From: Candidatus Bathyarchaeota archaeon
GTDB lineage: Archaea > Thermoproteota > Bathyarchaeia > Bathyarchaeales > Bathycorpusculaceae
DNA length: 64,000 nucleotides
Assembly: GCA_963775685.1 (NCBI GenBank)
Contig: CAVZJV010000014.1
Coordinates: 2,368,001 to 2,432,000, forward strand
Direction of reading: 5' to 3'
Positions 61,315 to 64,000 of the stretch are shown piece after piece (the first letter of the stretch is position 1; every line of letters begins with the position of its first letter). Both the position numbers and the translations under genes were made by a program. Under the pieces are notes generated by a model. The model did no database searches. It was given only the letters and a program-made list of their open reading frames with translations, and was not told the DNA's origin.

Positions 61315-62231
61315 GTCTAAATATGATGTTGTTGTCTGTTGCTCTTCTAATTTTGGTGTTTGTAGCGGTAATGTTGGTAGCAGGCAACAACTTGTCAGCT
61401 TGTGTGGGTCCTTCCATAGGCTCAAGAATAGTTACAAAACGGTTCGGCGTACTTGTGGGTGCAACAGGCTTTTCTGTTGGATTGCTGGCTCAAGGTTCAG
61501 CTATGATGCAGTCGGTTGGTACCTTACTTCCTAATGCTTCGCCTGAGTTAAGGGCGGAAGCTTTGCTGGTGGCAATTACAGTCTTTGTTATAGCCTACAG
61601 GATTCGGGTACCCATGTCGCTGAACATGTCGCTGGTGGGACTTCTTGCAGGCTTGTCAATTGCTGGGAATTCCCGCTCGACTGGTTTGTTTGTAGTTGAA
61701 GTAGTTTTAACCTGGATTGCTGTTCCACTAATAGCGCTTGCAGTAGCATTTTTTCTAATTCGCTTCTTAAATAGGGAGTGGCCAACAAACTTTTGGCATC
61801 GCCTTCAAACCTACAAGATTCTGATTGTAGTAGCGTCATTCACAACAGCCTATGTAACCGGAGCCAACACACTGGGAATGATAGTTGCAACAGAAGGATT
61901 TGATTTAGCATCAGTTTTAGTCGCCATCGCTGCAATTTTCGTCGGATCTTTTTTCCTCAGCGAAGGCGCCATAAGAAGAGTTTCAGAAGAATTCTTTCTG
62001 ATGCGTTATGCAAATGCGACTGTGACACTAATAACTTCAACAATTCTAGTGGAAGCAGCCACAATTTTCAACATTCCCCTATCCATAACCCAAACAACTT
62101 CAATAGGCGTCCTCGGAGCAGGGTTATCTTACCGAACACGATTTGTTTCGGCAAAACCGTTCTTAAAAATTGTAGCCGGCTGGGTAATTGCTCCCTTGTT
62201 GAGTTTTGCCATCGGTTTACTTATCGGTTAA
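61311..62231 (+). CDS. PiT family inorganic phosphate transporter
   Basis: AGNNLS, GANTLG, PLSITQ, GWVIAP. Confidence 0.85.
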   Translation: MSLNMMLLSVALLILVFVAVMLVAGNNLSACVGPSIGSRIVTKRFGVLVGATGFSVGLLAQGSAMMQSVGTLLPNASPELRAEALLVAITVFVIAYRIRVPMSLNMSLVGLLAGLSIAGNSRSTGLFVVEVVLTWIAVPLIALAVAFFLIRFLNREWPTNFWHRLQTYKILIVVASFTTAYVTGANTLGMIVATEGFDLASVLVAIAAIFVGSFFLSEGAIRRVSEEFFLMRYANATVTLITSTILVEAATIFNIPLSITQTTSIGVLGAGLSYRTRFVSAKPFLKIVAGWVIAPLLSFAIGLLIG

Positions 62232-62368
62232 TCGTCGAGTGTTTCGCTCATAGGTTTGCCGCAGCACCAAGGTGCCTTCTCCACATTACGTTTGGCATCG
62301 CCTGTGCAGGACACTTCAAATTCGTTTCGCGTTTTGCGACCGCATACAGTACACTCAAACAATGGCAA
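62228..62368 (-). CDS. 46-aa CxxC...CCG metal-binding microprotein
   Basis: Manual translation MPLFECTVCGRKTRNEFEVSCTGDAKRNVEKAPWCCGKPMSETLDD*; GAGG upstream of TTG. Confidence 0.7.
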   Translation of the reverse strand: MPLFECTVCGRKTRNEFEVSCTGDAKRNVEKAPWCCGKPMSETLDD

Positions 62369-62993
62369 TACAAAGCCTCAACTCGTGTAACTGAAAGGTT
62401 TTATAAAAAATTTCTGCTTAGCGATGCAACAATTGACGAAGAAGTAACAAATACCGTCAGGCTTGCCAAAAAACTGATTTGCAAAGTTATCGCCATAACG
62501 GTAGTAAATCAAGCGAAAAAGCCTTTGTCATTACGTTTTTATTTGTTGAACCCAATAAAATTTGATGAGGGTTTGAGAAAGGAGAGAAAGGTTAACTTAA
62601 ACGCAAGCGAATTCAGGAAGAGAGAGGGGAACACTTCGCCTGCATTTAAGCTAACCTTTTCTGTATTCTATACTGAGAGTCTTTGAACCATAAATAATGA
62701 TGTGATTGTGCCTATACAGCAACAAGTTAGATTTGATGATGCCGAATTGGTTAGTTTTTGGATTTATGCGGGAGCAGGTCTTGTGAAGTGCAAAATGGTG
62801 TTTGAGTCGTATTTTTCCTGATTACCGACTTGCTTTTCCATAACCTTTCCGTTACCAAAAAAACCTTTTCCTGCAATAAGAAGGTCTAAAAAACGATAAA
62901 AAACTATAAAATAATCTTGAATTATTTATCCAATACATCACAACCTCATCGATGTTACATTTAACCGGATTTAGTTATCTTTGTGAGGGTGGA

Positions 62994-63010
62994 AAAGAAA
63001 TGTTTATATC
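62994..63010 (+). promoter_or_regulatory. candidate rRNA operon promoter (BRE/TATA)
   Basis: AAAGAAATGTTTATATC about 320 nt upstream of 16S. Confidence 0.45.
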
Positions 63011-63327
63011 AGTTGACTAGGCTTCTGTTAGAATTCAGCTATAATTGCTAACCCCGCAATTTTCACATGGCGGCGGCTCAACCCCTACCGAAACGGCGAT
63101 TACGCCTTGCAGGAATGACGGAGTTGGCCTCCAGTTGTGGGGACAAAAAATAGGAAATGTAGACCTGACTAATTGCTCAGTTAGGTCTGAATTGGGCTTT
63201 GACGTATAATTTGTGGAGAATGTTTCTCCCTCCAAATCCAGTTAGGCACAAAAATGCGAAAAGTGCAGAACGTACCACACAAAAAACATGATAGTAAGAA
63301 TCCGCAGAAATCAAAACGGAGTGCATA

Positions 63328-64000
<673 letters not shown>

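Overview
Archaeal chromosomal window, most consistent with Bathyarchaeia (TACK) from gene content and the 16S 5' end; this is recall, not a database result. Conserved blocks: eIF6-rpl18a-pfdA-ftsY (1-2.3 kb); an aryl-acid cluster (livG/F, paaK, iorA/B, livK/H/M, paaI, with divergent ACT protein and Pat-type acyl-CoA synthetase/GNAT, 25-38 kb); sui1 and tfb; tRNA-Cys and tRNA-Gln; a rearranged A-type ATP synthase locus (48.6-57.8 kb); a Pit transporter pair; and the start of 16S rRNA. Between 2.3 and 24.9 kb lies an accessory region rich in pseudogenes and tiny genes that ends at the tRNA-Cys 3' end. The main unexplained structure is a degenerate ~64-bp element (CAAR...CAAAATY...GRGT...CTWATBATCAGAAC) seen about eight times in one orientation between 14.9 and 24.9 kb. 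It brackets single genes or small modules like a cassette array; no recombinase gene is in the window. Other highlights: IorA with an inserted four-cluster Fe-S domain, a 25-aa Asp/Glu/Cys micro-peptide, an eL22-like protein, an orphan phage-D/injection-system hub relic, an inverted atpI, and a PAP2/radical SAM/GT2 cluster. All protein calls are by motif recognition only.
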